Source of the DNA: Armatimonadota bacterium
GTDB lineage: Bacteria; Armatimonadota; HRBIN16
Length of the DNA: 64,000 nucleotides
Direction of reading: 5' to 3'
Assembly: GCA_026003195.1 (NCBI GenBank)
Contig: BPGU01000003.1
Location: 785,086 to 849,085, forward strand
How positions within the stretch are numbered: position 1 is the first letter of the stretch; each line of letters starts with the position of its first letter. Shown here piece after piece: positions 30,379 through 41,507 of this stretch. Below the pieces are notes generated by a model, which saw nothing but the letters and a program-made list of their open reading frames with translations, was not told where the DNA came from and ran no database searches. Both the position numbers and the translations under genes were made by a program.

Positions 30379-30409
30379 GGAGGGCGAACCCTCTGGTGAG
30401 CCGAAATAG
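30379..30409 (+). repeat. copy A of 31-nt leader motif GGAGGGCGAACC-N4-GGTGAGCCGAAA-Y-AG
   Basis: GGAGGGCGAACCCTCTGGTGAGCCGAAATAG, 27/31 identical to 49608-49638. Lies 33 nt upstream of the ABC permease ATG. Confidence 0.7.
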
Positions 30410-30442
30410 CAATTGTTCCACCTGAGAAAGGAACCTTTGCCC

Positions 30443-32167
<1,725 letters not shown>

Positions 32168-32170
32168 AAG

Positions 32171-33478
32171 ATGAACAATGGGCGAATACTTGTGGAACTG
32201 GAACATGTGAGCCAGGTGTATGCCACCGGCAGGAAGCGATTTTACGCCGTTCAGGACATCAACCTGAGCATTGGAGAAGGGGAGTTTGTGTGCTTGCTGG
32301 GACCGTCCGGTTGCGGCAAGAGCACGCTACTGCGCCTGATTACCGGTCTACAACGCCCGACGGAAGGGGTCATCCGTTATCGCGGGCAGGAGCTGAGAGG
32401 GGTCAATCCGCACGCCAGCATCGTCTTCCAGACCTTTGCGCTGTTCCCGTGGCTGTCGGTTCAGGAGAACGTGGAGGTTGCGCTGAAGGCGAGGGGAGTG
32501 CCGCCCAAAATCCGTACGGCGCGTGCTCTGGACTTGCTGGACCGCGTGGGTCTGGACGGATTCGAAAACGCCTATCCCCGCGAGCTCTCCGGCGGAATGC
32601 GTCAGAAGGTAGGCTTCGCGCGCGCGATGGCGGTGGAGCCAGAACTGTTGTGTCTGGATGAGCCGTTCTCCGCGCTGGATGTGCTCAGTTCCGAGGCGCT
32701 GCGTGGCGAACTGCTGGAGCTGTGGCTGGACGGCAAAATCCCCACCAAGACCATCCTGATGGTGACGCACAATATCGAGGAGGCGGCGGAGATGGCAGAC
32801 CGGCTCGTCATCATGGGCACCTCGCCAGGACGAGTCATCGCCGAGGTGAACGTGGACCTGCCACATCCCCGCCACCGCAAAACGCCGCAGTTTCTGAAGC
32901 TGATTGACCAGATTTACGCCATCCTCGCCGGGCAAACGCAGCCCGAGCCGGTGGAGATGGGCACTGCGCCGGGTAAGCCGGGCGTGACCCGGTGGCTTCC
33001 CCAGATACAGATTAGCGACCTGGTGGGCTTGCTGGAGCACCTTGCCGAGTCGTCGCAGCCCACTTATGACATCTACCAGCTCACGGAGGACTTCGGCGCG
33101 GACTCTGACCTGGTGCTGCGCCTGATTGACACCGCGGAGCTGCTGGGCTTCGTGCGCGTAGGACAGGGTGACGTGATGCTCACCCCACTGGGCGAGACCT
33201 TCAGCGAGGCAAGCATCCTCACGCGCAAGGAGATTTTCTCCACGCGCATCCGCCGCCTGCCTATCTTCCAGTGGTTGATGAACATGCTGCAGATTGCAGA
33301 GAACCAGAGTCTGAAGCGTGACGTGGTGCGCATGGCGCTGGAGCTGGAGCTGCCTCCCGCCGAAGCGGAGAAGCAGCTCAACACCATCATTGAGTGGGGT
33401 CGTTACGGCGAGCTCATCGCTTACGACGATGAGACCGAGACGCTGATGCTGGAGCCTCTGGCAGGGGCAGCAGCATAG
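32171..33478 (+). CDS. ABC transporter ATP-binding protein (NitT/TauT family) with about 190-aa C-terminal extra domain
   Basis: Walker A GPSGCGKST, signature LSGGMRQKV, Walker B LLCLDEPFSALD. Confidence 0.9.
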   Translation: MNNGRILVELEHVSQVYATGRKRFYAVQDINLSIGEGEFVCLLGPSGCGKSTLLRLITGLQRPTEGVIRYRGQELRGVNPHASIVFQTFALFPWLSVQENVEVALKARGVPPKIRTARALDLLDRVGLDGFENAYPRELSGGMRQKVGFARAMAVEPELLCLDEPFSALDVLSSEALRGELLELWLDGKIPTKTILMVTHNIEEAAEMADRLVIMGTSPGRVIAEVNVDLPHPRHRKTPQFLKLIDQIYAILAGQTQPEPVEMGTAPGKPGVTRWLPQIQISDLVGLLEHLAESSQPTYDIYQLTEDFGADSDLVLRLIDTAELLGFVRVGQGDVMLTPLGETFSEASILTRKEIFSTRIRRLPIFQWLMNMLQIAENQSLKRDVVRMALELELPPAEAEKQLNTIIEWGRYGELIAYDDETETLMLEPLAGAAA

Positions 33479-33596
33479 GCGGCAGAGCCTTGTCGGAGAG
33501 GGCGATGCTCCTGTTTGCGGCTCGCAAGGACACATGGGGCAGGCGAGGAAAGAGTGGTTGTCAGATTGAGGTTCGACACCCCACAGGGTTGCCCAT

Positions 33597-33625
33597 TTGA
33601 CTTCTGGCATAAATTGGGGTAGAAT
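33597..33625 (+). promoter_or_regulatory. near-consensus sigma70 promoter of tRNA-Lys
   Basis: TTGACT (33597-33602), 17-nt spacer, TAGAAT (33620-33625). The tRNA 5' end lies 11 nt downstream. Confidence 0.6.
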
Positions 33626-33635
33626 AAAGCGGTCT

Positions 33636-33711
33636 GAGCCGGTAGCTCAGCAGGCAGAGCATCGCCCTTTTAAGGCGAGGGTCGTGGGTTCGAATCCCAC
33701 CCGGCTCACCA
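33636..33711 (+). tRNA. tRNA-Lys (anticodon UUU), CCA encoded
   Basis: Hand-folded cloverleaf: acceptor GAGCCGG/CCGGCTC, D stem GCTC/GAGC, anticodon stem TCGCC/GGCGA with loop CTTTTAA, T arm GTGGG-TTCGAAT-CCCAC, discriminator A, CCA. Confidence 0.95.
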
Positions 33712-33756
33712 ACACCCTCAGCAGGATTCCCCCAGCGACCGAGAGAATCTTCCGGT

Positions 33757-34812
33757 ATGAGACGAGGAATCATTGCCAGATATCGTTCTTTTTTGCCCGT
33801 GACCGAGCGCACCCCGGTGATCACTCTGCTGGAGGGTGAGACGCCGCTGATACCCGCACCGCGTCTGGCACAGGCTATTGCTCCCTATCTGCAGATTTAT
33901 CTGAAATACGAGGGCGCGAACCCCACCGGCTCTTTCAAAGACCGGGGCATGACGATGGCTATCTCCAAGGCAGCGGAAGAGGGCGTGCAGGCGGTCATCT
34001 GCGCTTCGACGGGAAACACTTCCGCCTCCGCCGCCGCGTATGCTGCCCGCGCGGGCATGCGCTGTTACGTGCTGCTGCCATCGGGCAAGGTGGCTTTGGG
34101 AAAACTCACCCAGGCGCTGATGCACGGTGCAAAAGTGATCGCTGTCGATGGTAACTTCGACGCCGCCTTAGAGACAGTACGGCAGGTCGCCGCCGAATAC
34201 CCGATGACCATCGTCAATTCGGTGAACCCCTACCGCGGAGAGGGACAGAAGACCGCCGCTTTCGAGATTTGCGATGAGCTGGGCGATGCGCCCCACTACC
34301 ACGCGATACCTGTTGGCAACGCCCGTAATATCGTTGCCTACTGGCAGGGCTACAAGGAGTACTATCTGCACGGCAAAACCACCCGCCTGCCCCGAATGCT
34401 GGGGTTTCAGGCAGCGGGCGCTGCACCACTGGTGGAAGGACGGGTCATCGAACATCCCGAAACCGTTGCCACTGCCATCCGCATTGGCAACCCCGCCAGC
34501 TGGAAAGAAGCCATCGCCGCGCGCGATGAGTCAGGCGGACTGATTGAGAAAGTCACCGATGAGGAGATCCTGGAAGCGTACCGTATGGTAGCGGCGCTGG
34601 AAGGGGTGTTTGCAGAACCCGCCTCCGTGGCTCCCATCGCGGGACTGCGCAAACTGGCGCAACGGGGCTACTTCCAGGAGCCCGCTGTCGTCACCGTCAC
34701 CCTCACCGGACACGGTTTGAAAGACCCCGATACAGCGTTAGAGGCATCCCGCATCGTGCCCGTGCATGTTCCGCCAGAGATGGACGCGGTACGTCGAGCG
34801 CTGGAGATCTAA
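33757..34812 (+). CDS. thrC: threonine synthase
   Basis: [12 protein letters not shown]-terminus, PLP-lysine motif [14 protein letters not shown], and a short-type ThrC length of 351 aa. Confidence 0.9.
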   Translation: MRRGIIARYRSFLPVTERTPVITLLEGETPLIPAPRLAQAIAPYLQIYLKYEGANPTGSFKDRGMTMAISKAAEEGVQAVICASTGNTSASAAAYAARAGMRCYVLLPSGKVALGKLTQALMHGAKVIAVDGNFDAALETVRQVAAEYPMTIVNSVNPYRGEGQKTAAFEICDELGDAPHYHAIPVGNARNIVAYWQGYKEYYLHGKTTRLPRMLGFQAAGAAPLVEGRVIEHPETVATAIRIGNPASWKEAIAARDESGGLIEKVTDEEILEAYRMVAALEGVFAEPASVAPIAGLRKLAQRGYFQEPAVVTVTLTGHGLKDPDTALEASRIVPVHVPPEMDAVRRALEI

Positions 34813-34850
34813 AGGAAAACACCCTGCTGGTAGGGAAACTTAAGAGCGAG

Positions 34851-36044
34851 ATGCTCTCTTCACAGGCAGAACAGTCCTCTATACGGCGTGATTGGGGCTT
34901 ATTTGGCGCCCTCACCTTCTGTTTCGCCTTCGGCTTTGCCGTATACAACGGCATCTTCCAGAACTTCATTCGTGAGGTGCTGCATGTCTCCCCGTCGCAG
35001 CTGGGCGTGCTGGAATCGCTGCGCGAAGTGCCAGGTCTACTGACCGCTCCTATTGCGGGCACGCTGGTAGCGTTCGCAGAGCCAAGGCTGGCAGGATTGG
35101 CGCTGCTGGTATGCGCACTCGGCATTGGCGCAACGGGTGTCGCCGGCGACTACTGGACGCTGGTCGCTATCAACGTGTTCTGGTCTACCGGTTTCCACCT
35201 CTGGTCGTCGGTATCGCCTTCTATCACACTGGCACTGGCTGGTGGACGTGAAGGCGGCAGGCATCTGGGGCGGATGAGCGCGATTGGTTCCGTAGCAGTG
35301 TTGATTGCTCTCGGCTCGGCGCGGCTTTTCAAAACGTACCTCGACTATCCAACGATGTTCTTCATCGCTGGTCTGATGATCGCCTGTGCCGGAGTGCTGG
35401 CTTTTCTGCTCTCTGCACACGCCGCCAGTGGGCAGCGCCAGCCGATTATCCTGCGCCGAGAGTATAGTCTGTACTATATGCTCACCTTTCTGGAAGGCTG
35501 TCGGCGTCAGATATTCAGCACCTTCGCCTCCTACGTGCTGATACTGGTGTATAACACGCCGGTGCAAACGATGCTTTCACTGGCTTTTCTCAACGCTGCG
35601 CTGGGCACAGTGGCCGCGCCAACGGCAGGGCGTCTGATAGACCGCTTCGGCGAGCGACGGATGCTGACGCTGTACTATATCTGTATCGCCTGCGTGTTCG
35701 CCGGATATGCCACCCTCAAGGATGTACATCTGCTCTATCTGTTGTTTATGACCGACAGCGTGCTGTTCGCCTTCAGCATGGGTATCACGGTCTTCCTGAA
35801 CCGCATCGTGCGCCAGGGCGACTTGACCCCCAGCCTGGCGATGGGCACCACGATGAACCACGTGGCGGCAGTGGTGATGCCGGTGCTCGGAGGCGTGCTG
35901 TGGAAAACGCTCAACGATTATCGCATTCCGTTCTGGATAGGCTTTGGGGTAGTGTTTCTCTCGCTGATGGCGGTGCAGCGTATCCCTGCGGCGTCACGCG
36001 AGTCACTTCTTGCGACTGAGCAGGTGCATGATAGCGTCCGCTAG
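34851..36044 (+). CDS. MFS transporter
   Basis: 397 aa with about 12 hydrophobic segments in a 6+6 arrangement. Substrate unknown. Confidence 0.7.
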   Translation: MLSSQAEQSSIRRDWGLFGALTFCFAFGFAVYNGIFQNFIREVLHVSPSQLGVLESLREVPGLLTAPIAGTLVAFAEPRLAGLALLVCALGIGATGVAGDYWTLVAINVFWSTGFHLWSSVSPSITLALAGGREGGRHLGRMSAIGSVAVLIALGSARLFKTYLDYPTMFFIAGLMIACAGVLAFLLSAHAASGQRQPIILRREYSLYYMLTFLEGCRRQIFSTFASYVLILVYNTPVQTMLSLAFLNAALGTVAAPTAGRLIDRFGERRMLTLYYICIACVFAGYATLKDVHLLYLLFMTDSVLFAFSMGITVFLNRIVRQGDLTPSLAMGTTMNHVAAVVMPVLGGVLWKTLNDYRIPFWIGFGVVFLSLMAVQRIPAASRESLLATEQVHDSVR

Positions 36045-37337
36045 CTTGTAAGGGTCGTGACGCACCACATCGGTCTGGCTGATGAAGTCGCCTGCAACGG
36101 TACGATAGCCCATGGCGCGAATGCGGTCGATATCGGGTTCCACGAACTCCGCTCCCGACTGGCGATACCGTTCGAGCAGCTCCGGCGATGGGCGCGTGGT
36201 GTTCACCAGCACATAGTCAAACAGGCGGGGAGGGCAGTGCGCCTCGATGGCACGTACGTGGTCGCTGGCGGTGAACCCGTCCGTCTCTCCGGGTTGGGTC
36301 ATCACATTGCATACGTATACACGCAGAGCATGGCTGTGGCGAATAGCGTCGGCAATCCCTTCGACGAGCAGGTTCGGTATCACGCTGGTAAACACACTGC
36401 CCGGTCCGAGCACGATCACGTCTGCCTCGCGGATAGCCTGCAGCGCTTCGTCCAGCGGGCGGGCACCGGGAGGGGTCAGCATCATCTGGCGGATTTTGAG
36501 AGGTGAACTGGCAATCGCCGTCTCACCCTCGATGAAGGAACCATCCTCCATCTTCGCCCGTAAACGCACATGGTCTAACGTGGAGGGCAACACACGCCCG
36601 CGTATCGCCAGAACCTTGCTGGTTTCGCGGATGGCGCGCTCGAAATCGCCGGTGATATTGGTCATGGCGACGATCAGCAGGTTACCAAAGCTGTGTCCTC
36701 CCAGCCCCTCGCTGCCGCGAAAGCGATACTGAAACAGCTCGGTCATGATAGGCTCGGCGTCGGCAAGGGCAACCAGGCAGTTACGAATGTCGCCCGGCGG
36801 CAACACGCCAAACTGCTCCGTCAGCCTGCCCGAACTGCCCCCGTCATCCGTGACGGTCACGATAGCCGTGACATTGCTGGAGTACTGTTTCAGACCTCTC
36901 AGCAATGTGGACAACCCCGTTCCTCCGCCAACAGCCACCAGTTGCGGACCGAGTTGCAGGTTGCGGCGGTTGTAAATCACGTGTGCCAGGCGTCGTCCCG
37001 CCGAGGGGTCTATCGCACAGGCAACAGTGCGCACCAGTCCCCTGACCGCAATCAGGCTGATCGCCATCCCCAGCAGCGTGATGCCCGTTCCTAACAGCGT
37101 CCATGTCAGCTTTCCCTGTGCTTCCGGTCCGAACTGGCGCGAGGCTTCCTGCACGTTGCGATGCAGCCAGGTCAGCAGTTCGGGAAAGCGCACATCGATA
37201 AGGATCAGCAGCCCCCCAAACATGACCACCGTGCCCAGCATCGCCAGCACCAGCCAGCGCTTAATCAACATGCCCGGCATCAGCCAGCGCGCGCTGGGCA
37301 TCTCCAGCAGTTGAAGCCAGCTTCGCTCCAGACGCAT
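36003..37337 (-). CDS. yvcK: YvcK/CofD-like gluconeogenesis-factor family protein with N-terminal TM anchors
   Basis: GGGTGLSTLLRGLK motif and YvcK-like blocks (GNLLI, VLGPGS.FTS). Lies immediately downstream of rapZ, as in Firmicutes. Confidence 0.85.
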   Translation of the reverse strand: MRLERSWLQLLEMPSARWLMPGMLIKRWLVLAMLGTVVMFGGLLILIDVRFPELLTWLHRNVQEASRQFGPEAQGKLTWTLLGTGITLLGMAISLIAVRGLVRTVACAIDPSAGRRLAHVIYNRRNLQLGPQLVAVGGGTGLSTLLRGLKQYSSNVTAIVTVTDDGGSSGRLTEQFGVLPPGDIRNCLVALADAEPIMTELFQYRFRGSEGLGGHSFGNLLIVAMTNITGDFERAIRETSKVLAIRGRVLPSTLDHVRLRAKMEDGSFIEGETAIASSPLKIRQMMLTPPGARPLDEALQAIREADVIVLGPGSVFTSVIPNLLVEGIADAIRHSHALRVYVCNVMTQPGETDGFTASDHVRAIEAHCPPRLFDYVLVNTTRPSPELLERYRQSGAEFVEPDIDRIRAMGYRTVAGDFISQTDVVRHDPYKLADAIMHLLSRKK

Positions 37338-37343
37338 CCGTGT

Positions 37344-38237
37344 TCACTCCGTTTCGGGCATCGGCTGCGGCTGCTGTCGCACATCCCGATGCTGAATGTT
37401 GACCCGATAACCCTTCTCCTTCAGAAACTGCAACACCTGCTCGGCAATCACCACCGACCGGTGCCGTCCTCCCGTACAGCCGATAGCGATAGTCAGGTAT
37501 GCCTTACCCTCGCGGATATACTGGGGTAACGTGAACTCAATAAGCCCTTGCAGTTGATGGATGAACTGTCCTGCCAGCGGGTCAGCGAGCACGTAGTTGC
37601 GGATGGGTGCATCGCGTCCATCCAGCGGGCGCAGGTGTGGGATGTAGTGCGGGTTCGCCAGAAAGCGCACGTCAAACACCAGGTCTGCCTCCGGCGGGAT
37701 GCCATACTTGAAGCCGAAGGACACCACGTTCACCGCGATACCCGCCTTGCGCTCCATGATGCCGTATTCGGCTTCGATAATAGCGCGCAGCTCGTGCGGC
37801 GCCAGCGCAGAGGTATCTATCACCCTGTCCGCGCTCGCCCTGACCTCCTCTAGCAGACTGCGCTCCGCCCGAATGCTCTGCAGGATGGTAGGGTGCTCGT
37901 GGAACAGGGGATGCTTGCGACGGGTCTCCTTGAAGCGCTGCACCAGGATCTCGTCGCTGCAGTCCAGAAAAAGTATCTGGATGGGCACTCCTTGCTCCGC
38001 CACGCAGCGCACGTTGGGCAAGGTTTCTGCAAACATCTCGCCACAGCGGGTATCGATGACCAGCGCGACGTGCTGCATCTGTTGGGGATGCTCCCGGCTC
38101 AACTCCACTAGCATGGGTAGCAGGCGAGGTGGAAGGTTATCCACGCAAAAATAGCCCAGGTCCTCGAAGACGTGGGAAACCAGCGTCTTCCCCGACCCCG
38201 ACATACCGGTAATTAATACCCAGCGTTCGCTTTTCAT
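37344..38237 (-). CDS. rapZ: RNase adapter protein RapZ (YvcJ)
   Basis: Walker [31 protein letters not shown], and C-terminal [12 protein letters not shown]. Confidence 0.9.
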   Translation of the reverse strand: MKSERWVLITGMSGSGKTLVSHVFEDLGYFCVDNLPPRLLPMLVELSREHPQQMQHVALVIDTRCGEMFAETLPNVRCVAEQGVPIQILFLDCSDEILVQRFKETRRKHPLFHEHPTILQSIRAERSLLEEVRASADRVIDTSALAPHELRAIIEAEYGIMERKAGIAVNVVSFGFKYGIPPEADLVFDVRFLANPHYIPHLRPLDGRDAPIRNYVLADPLAGQFIHQLQGLIEFTLPQYIREGKAYLTIAIGCTGGRHRSVVIAEQVLQFLKEKGYRVNIQHRDVRQQPQPMPETE

Positions 38238-38329
38238 GCGGTTTCTCCTGTACGACGCCAGTCACCGCGTGGTCACGACGGTGCGTGACCCTCCCGCCAA
38301 ATGGAAGCCATCCATATTGTTCCACACCA

Positions 38330-38695
38330 CTACTTGTGCTTTTCCGGGGCGACGGTGTGGCTGAGGACGCTGCTGAAGAAGCTCATCACGATAGAGCCGA
38401 AGAGCGCAGCCACAGGACCTTTCACATCAAACTCTGTCAGCAACTCCCCCGCCAGCCAGAACAGGAAGGCGTTTATCACCAGGCTAAACAGCCCGAAGGT
38501 CAGACAGTTGAGCGGCAGGGTGAGCATGACCACGATGGGCCGGATAAAGGCATTAATCAACCCGATGACCAGCGCGGCGATCATCGCACCCCAGAAGCCG
38601 CTCACGTAGAGACCCAACCCCAGTATCTTGCCCAGCCATACGGTCAGCAACAACGCCACAGCGTTGGCAACCCAGCGCAATATCAACCCAACCAC
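38330..38695 (-). CDS. small 4-TM membrane protein, DUF360/holin-family-4-like (YvlD-like)
   Basis: 121 aa with four hydrophobic helices and the motif LINAFIRPI...LTLP. Confidence 0.65.
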   Translation of the reverse strand: MVGLILRWVANAVALLLTVWLGKILGLGLYVSGFWGAMIAALVIGLINAFIRPIVVMLTLPLNCLTFGLFSLVINAFLFWLAGELLTEFDVKGPVAALFGSIVMSFFSSVLSHTVAPEKHK

Positions 38696-38697
38696 CT

Positions 38698-40527
38698 TTA
38701 CTCCTCCTTGTGCAGCTCGGTATAAATCGTCTGTGCCAGAGAGCGTGGGATAGAGGGCACAGCTGCAATCTCTTCGACACTCGCCGCTTTCAAACGTTTC
38801 ACCGAGCCGAAGTGCTTCAGCAGCACTTGCTTGCGTTTGGGACCCACGCCCGGGATCTCGTCCAGCACCGATGAGGTACTGCGCTGGAGGCGAACCTTCC
38901 GGTGATACTCCACGGCAAAGCGGTGAGCCTCGTCACGCACCGCCTGCAACAGGTGCAGCGCAGGCGAATCTTTGGGCAAAATCAACGGCTCCGAGCGACC
39001 GGGCAGATAGACCTCTTCAAATCGTTTCGCCAGACCAATAGCGGGAACCTGCACACCCACCTCACGCATCGCCTCCAGCGCAGCGTTCAGCTGTCCCTTG
39101 CCGCCGTCGATCAGCATCAGATGGGGCAGCTCAGTGAACTTGGGGTTCCCCTTCTGTGCCTCCTGCAGACGCCGGGTCACTACCTCCTTCATCATGGCGA
39201 AGTCGTTCGGCGTTTCGGGAAGGTACTTGATGCTAAAGCGACGGTAGTCGCTTTTGGAGGGTTTCCCCTCTTTCAGCACCACCATCACCCCCACCGGCGC
39301 GTAACCCTGAATGTTGGAGATATCGTATGCCTCGATACGGCGGGGCAGCGTCTGCAAACCCAGAGCCTCTTGCAGAGCGAGCAGTACCGCTTCCTGTTGT
39401 GCCTTCTTTTGCAACCACTGCTGGCGCGCCTGCTCCAGGGCGAGCTCGGCATTGGTCAACGCCATCTCCAGCAGCCTCTTTTTGCTTCCCCGCTGGGGAG
39501 TATGCAGTTCCACCCGTTTTCCTTTCTTTTGCCTCAGCCACTGCTCAATGATATGCGCTTCCTCAATGGGTGCAGGCAGCAGGATTTCACCGGGCACGTC
39601 CTGCGCCTGGTCATAGTACTGCTTGAGGAACTCCTGCAAAGCCGCACGCTGGTCCTCGCCACTCGCGCCATCCAGGAAGAAGTGCTGCTGTCCTATCAGT
39701 TTGCCTCCGCGAATAAAGAAGAGCTGCACCAGGGCACGCTGTTCGTCCGCTGCGTATGCCAGCACGTCACGGTCTACCATATCGGTGGAGACTACCTTCT
39801 GCTGCAGGATAACCTGCTCCACGGCACGTATCTGGTCTCGCAAGGCGGCAGCACGCTCGAACTCCAGCCTCTCCGCCGCCTCCTCCATCTGTTTGTAAAG
39901 CCCCTTGAGCAGCTTCTCGTGCTTGCCGCTCAGGAACATCTCCACCTCGCGCACCGTTTCGCGGTAACGCTCCCTATCGGCGAGACCGGCACAGGGGGCA
40001 GGGCATTTGCCCATGTGATAATACAGGCAAGGCTTGCGCACTGGATCACCGGTGAACGCCTCACCACATGTCACCAGCGGGAAGAGACGGTTCAGCAGAT
40101 GAATGGTCTGATACACCGGTCGGCTGCCGGAATAAGGACCGAAGTAGCGGTTGCCATCGTTTTTGGCGCGACGCGCCAGCATCAGGCGGGGAAACGGCTC
40201 GGAGGTGGTCAGGCAGAGAAAAGGGTACTGCTTATCATCACGCAGGCGGATATTGTACGGCGGGCGGTAACGCTTAATCAGGTTGCACTCCAGCACCAGC
40301 GCTTCCAGCTCGGTGTCGGTGACTATCCATTCCAGGTCTGCAATCTTCTCTACCAGGCGGCGGGTCTTGATGGAGAGTTCCGCGCTCTTATGGAAGTACG
40401 AACGCACCCGCGAGCGCAGGGAAATCGCCTTGCCCACATAAAGCACGTTCCCCTGCGCATCCTTGAAAAGGTACACGCCCGGTAGGGCAGGAAGTGTCTG
40501 GAGTTTCTCGCTCAGCGTGTCGTTCAC
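38698..40527 (-). CDS. uvrC: excinuclease ABC subunit C
   Basis: GIY-YIG N-terminus (PGVYLFKD..GNVLYVGKA), a UVR domain, and C-terminal Endo-V-like and HhH2 segments. 609 aa. Confidence 0.95.
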   Translation of the reverse strand: MNDTLSEKLQTLPALPGVYLFKDAQGNVLYVGKAISLRSRVRSYFHKSAELSIKTRRLVEKIADLEWIVTDTELEALVLECNLIKRYRPPYNIRLRDDKQYPFLCLTTSEPFPRLMLARRAKNDGNRYFGPYSGSRPVYQTIHLLNRLFPLVTCGEAFTGDPVRKPCLYYHMGKCPAPCAGLADRERYRETVREVEMFLSGKHEKLLKGLYKQMEEAAERLEFERAAALRDQIRAVEQVILQQKVVSTDMVDRDVLAYAADEQRALVQLFFIRGGKLIGQQHFFLDGASGEDQRAALQEFLKQYYDQAQDVPGEILLPAPIEEAHIIEQWLRQKKGKRVELHTPQRGSKKRLLEMALTNAELALEQARQQWLQKKAQQEAVLLALQEALGLQTLPRRIEAYDISNIQGYAPVGVMVVLKEGKPSKSDYRRFSIKYLPETPNDFAMMKEVVTRRLQEAQKGNPKFTELPHLMLIDGGKGQLNAALEAMREVGVQVPAIGLAKRFEEVYLPGRSEPLILPKDSPALHLLQAVRDEAHRFAVEYHRKVRLQRSTSSVLDEIPGVGPKRKQVLLKHFGSVKRLKAASVEEIAAVPSIPRSLAQTIYTELHKEE

Positions 40528-40558
40528 GCTATCATTTTAGCACAAAGCGCGGGGGAAA

Positions 40559-41506
40559 CTACCTGCGCCCGCGCTGCCAGCGGTCATAAAACACCGCCAC
40601 AATCACCATCGCGCCGATCAACACCTGCTGCCACTCCACCTCCACGTTCAGCAGGTTGCAGCCGTTGCGGATGATTGCCATCAGGAACGCGCCCAGCAAC
40701 GTGCCCACAATGCTCCCCTGTCCGCCCATCAGGCTGGTGCCACCGATGACCGCCGCAGCAATGGCATCCAGCTCCCAACCTTTGCCTGCAGTCGGCTGGG
40801 CTACCGTTGCCCGACTGGCTTGAAGAACACCTGCTAGCCCCGCACACAACCCGCACAGCACGAAATACGCACTCTGGTAACGAACCAGCGACACTCCCGA
40901 CAGGCGTGCCGCCTCCGCATTGCCACCGATGGCGTAACAGTATCGTCCCAATTTGGTGAAACTCAACAGCAGGTGAAAGCCCAACGCCACCACCAGCAGC
41001 ACCCACAACGACCATTCCTTGCCCAGACGCTCGAAGCCGGGCGCAATGCCCGTCAGCGACACGCCTCCGCTAATCAGCAACGCCGCTCCGCTCGCCATGC
41101 CCAGCATACCCAGCGTGACCACAAAGGCAGGCATCCGCAAGCGCGTGGTCACCAGTCCGTTAAACAGCCCACACACCGCACCCGTTGCCAGACCGATCAG
41201 CACGCCTGCCCACGCAGGTGCGCCCATGTCCCTCATAGCGTATACCGCCGTGACCCCGCTCAGCGCCAGCACTGCCCCCACCGACAGGTCAATCCCGCCG
41301 GAGATAATCACCACCGTCTCGCCAATCGCCAGTATCGCCACCGCGACGGTCTGTATCGCCACCGTGCGCAGGTTCCCCCAGGTGAGGAAGGCAGGCGTCT
41401 GCGTGCTGAGGAATAACCCCAGCAACACCAGAAATGACAATGGAGCCAGCACCTGACGGTAGGAGGCAGCAGTCTTGCGCCACAGGAGAAGGACAGGTTT
41501 TCTCAT
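40559..41506 (-). CDS. ABC sugar transporter permease (RbsC/AraH-type)
   Basis: 315 aa with about 9-10 TM segments. GGIDLSVGAV motif typical of BPD_transp_2 sugar permeases. Confidence 0.8.
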   Translation of the reverse strand: MRKPVLLLWRKTAASYRQVLAPLSFLVLLGLFLSTQTPAFLTWGNLRTVAIQTVAVAILAIGETVVIISGGIDLSVGAVLALSGVTAVYAMRDMGAPAWAGVLIGLATGAVCGLFNGLVTTRLRMPAFVVTLGMLGMASGAALLISGGVSLTGIAPGFERLGKEWSLWVLLVVALGFHLLLSFTKLGRYCYAIGGNAEAARLSGVSLVRYQSAYFVLCGLCAGLAGVLQASRATVAQPTAGKGWELDAIAAAVIGGTSLMGGQGSIVGTLLGAFLMAIIRNGCNLLNVEVEWQQVLIGAMVIVAVFYDRWQRGRR

Positions 41507-41507
41507 G

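Noticed and set aside
30396-30405. TGGTGAGCCG in leader-motif copy A (and GGTGAGCCG in copy B) is the exact reverse complement of the 3' end of the tRNA-Lys at 33702-33711. This hinted at a tRNA-sensing (T-box/PBS-like) element or an att remnant.
   Set aside because: Only 9-10 nt match, and the flanks do not continue the tRNA sequence, so it is not an att duplication. No T-box specifier or antiterminator architecture is visible. A chance match of this length in 128 kb of two-strand sequence is plausible.
30320-30442. Possible TPP (THI-box) riboswitch in front of the NitT/TauT-type transporter. Such transporters sometimes import thiamine precursors, and the leader contains CUGAGA.
   Set aside because: The order and content of the conserved THI-box elements are absent: no GGGGUGC...CUGAGA...ACCUGAUCUGGAUAAUGCCAGCG arrangement. 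Only the hexamer matches, and it sits in the wrong position.
38330-38695. Holin-family-4-like small membrane protein considered as a prophage remnant.
   Set aside because: It is embedded between uvrC and rapZ-yvcK with 2-nt spacing from uvrC, and no lysin or phage structural genes are present. DUF360 proteins are common chromosomal genes.
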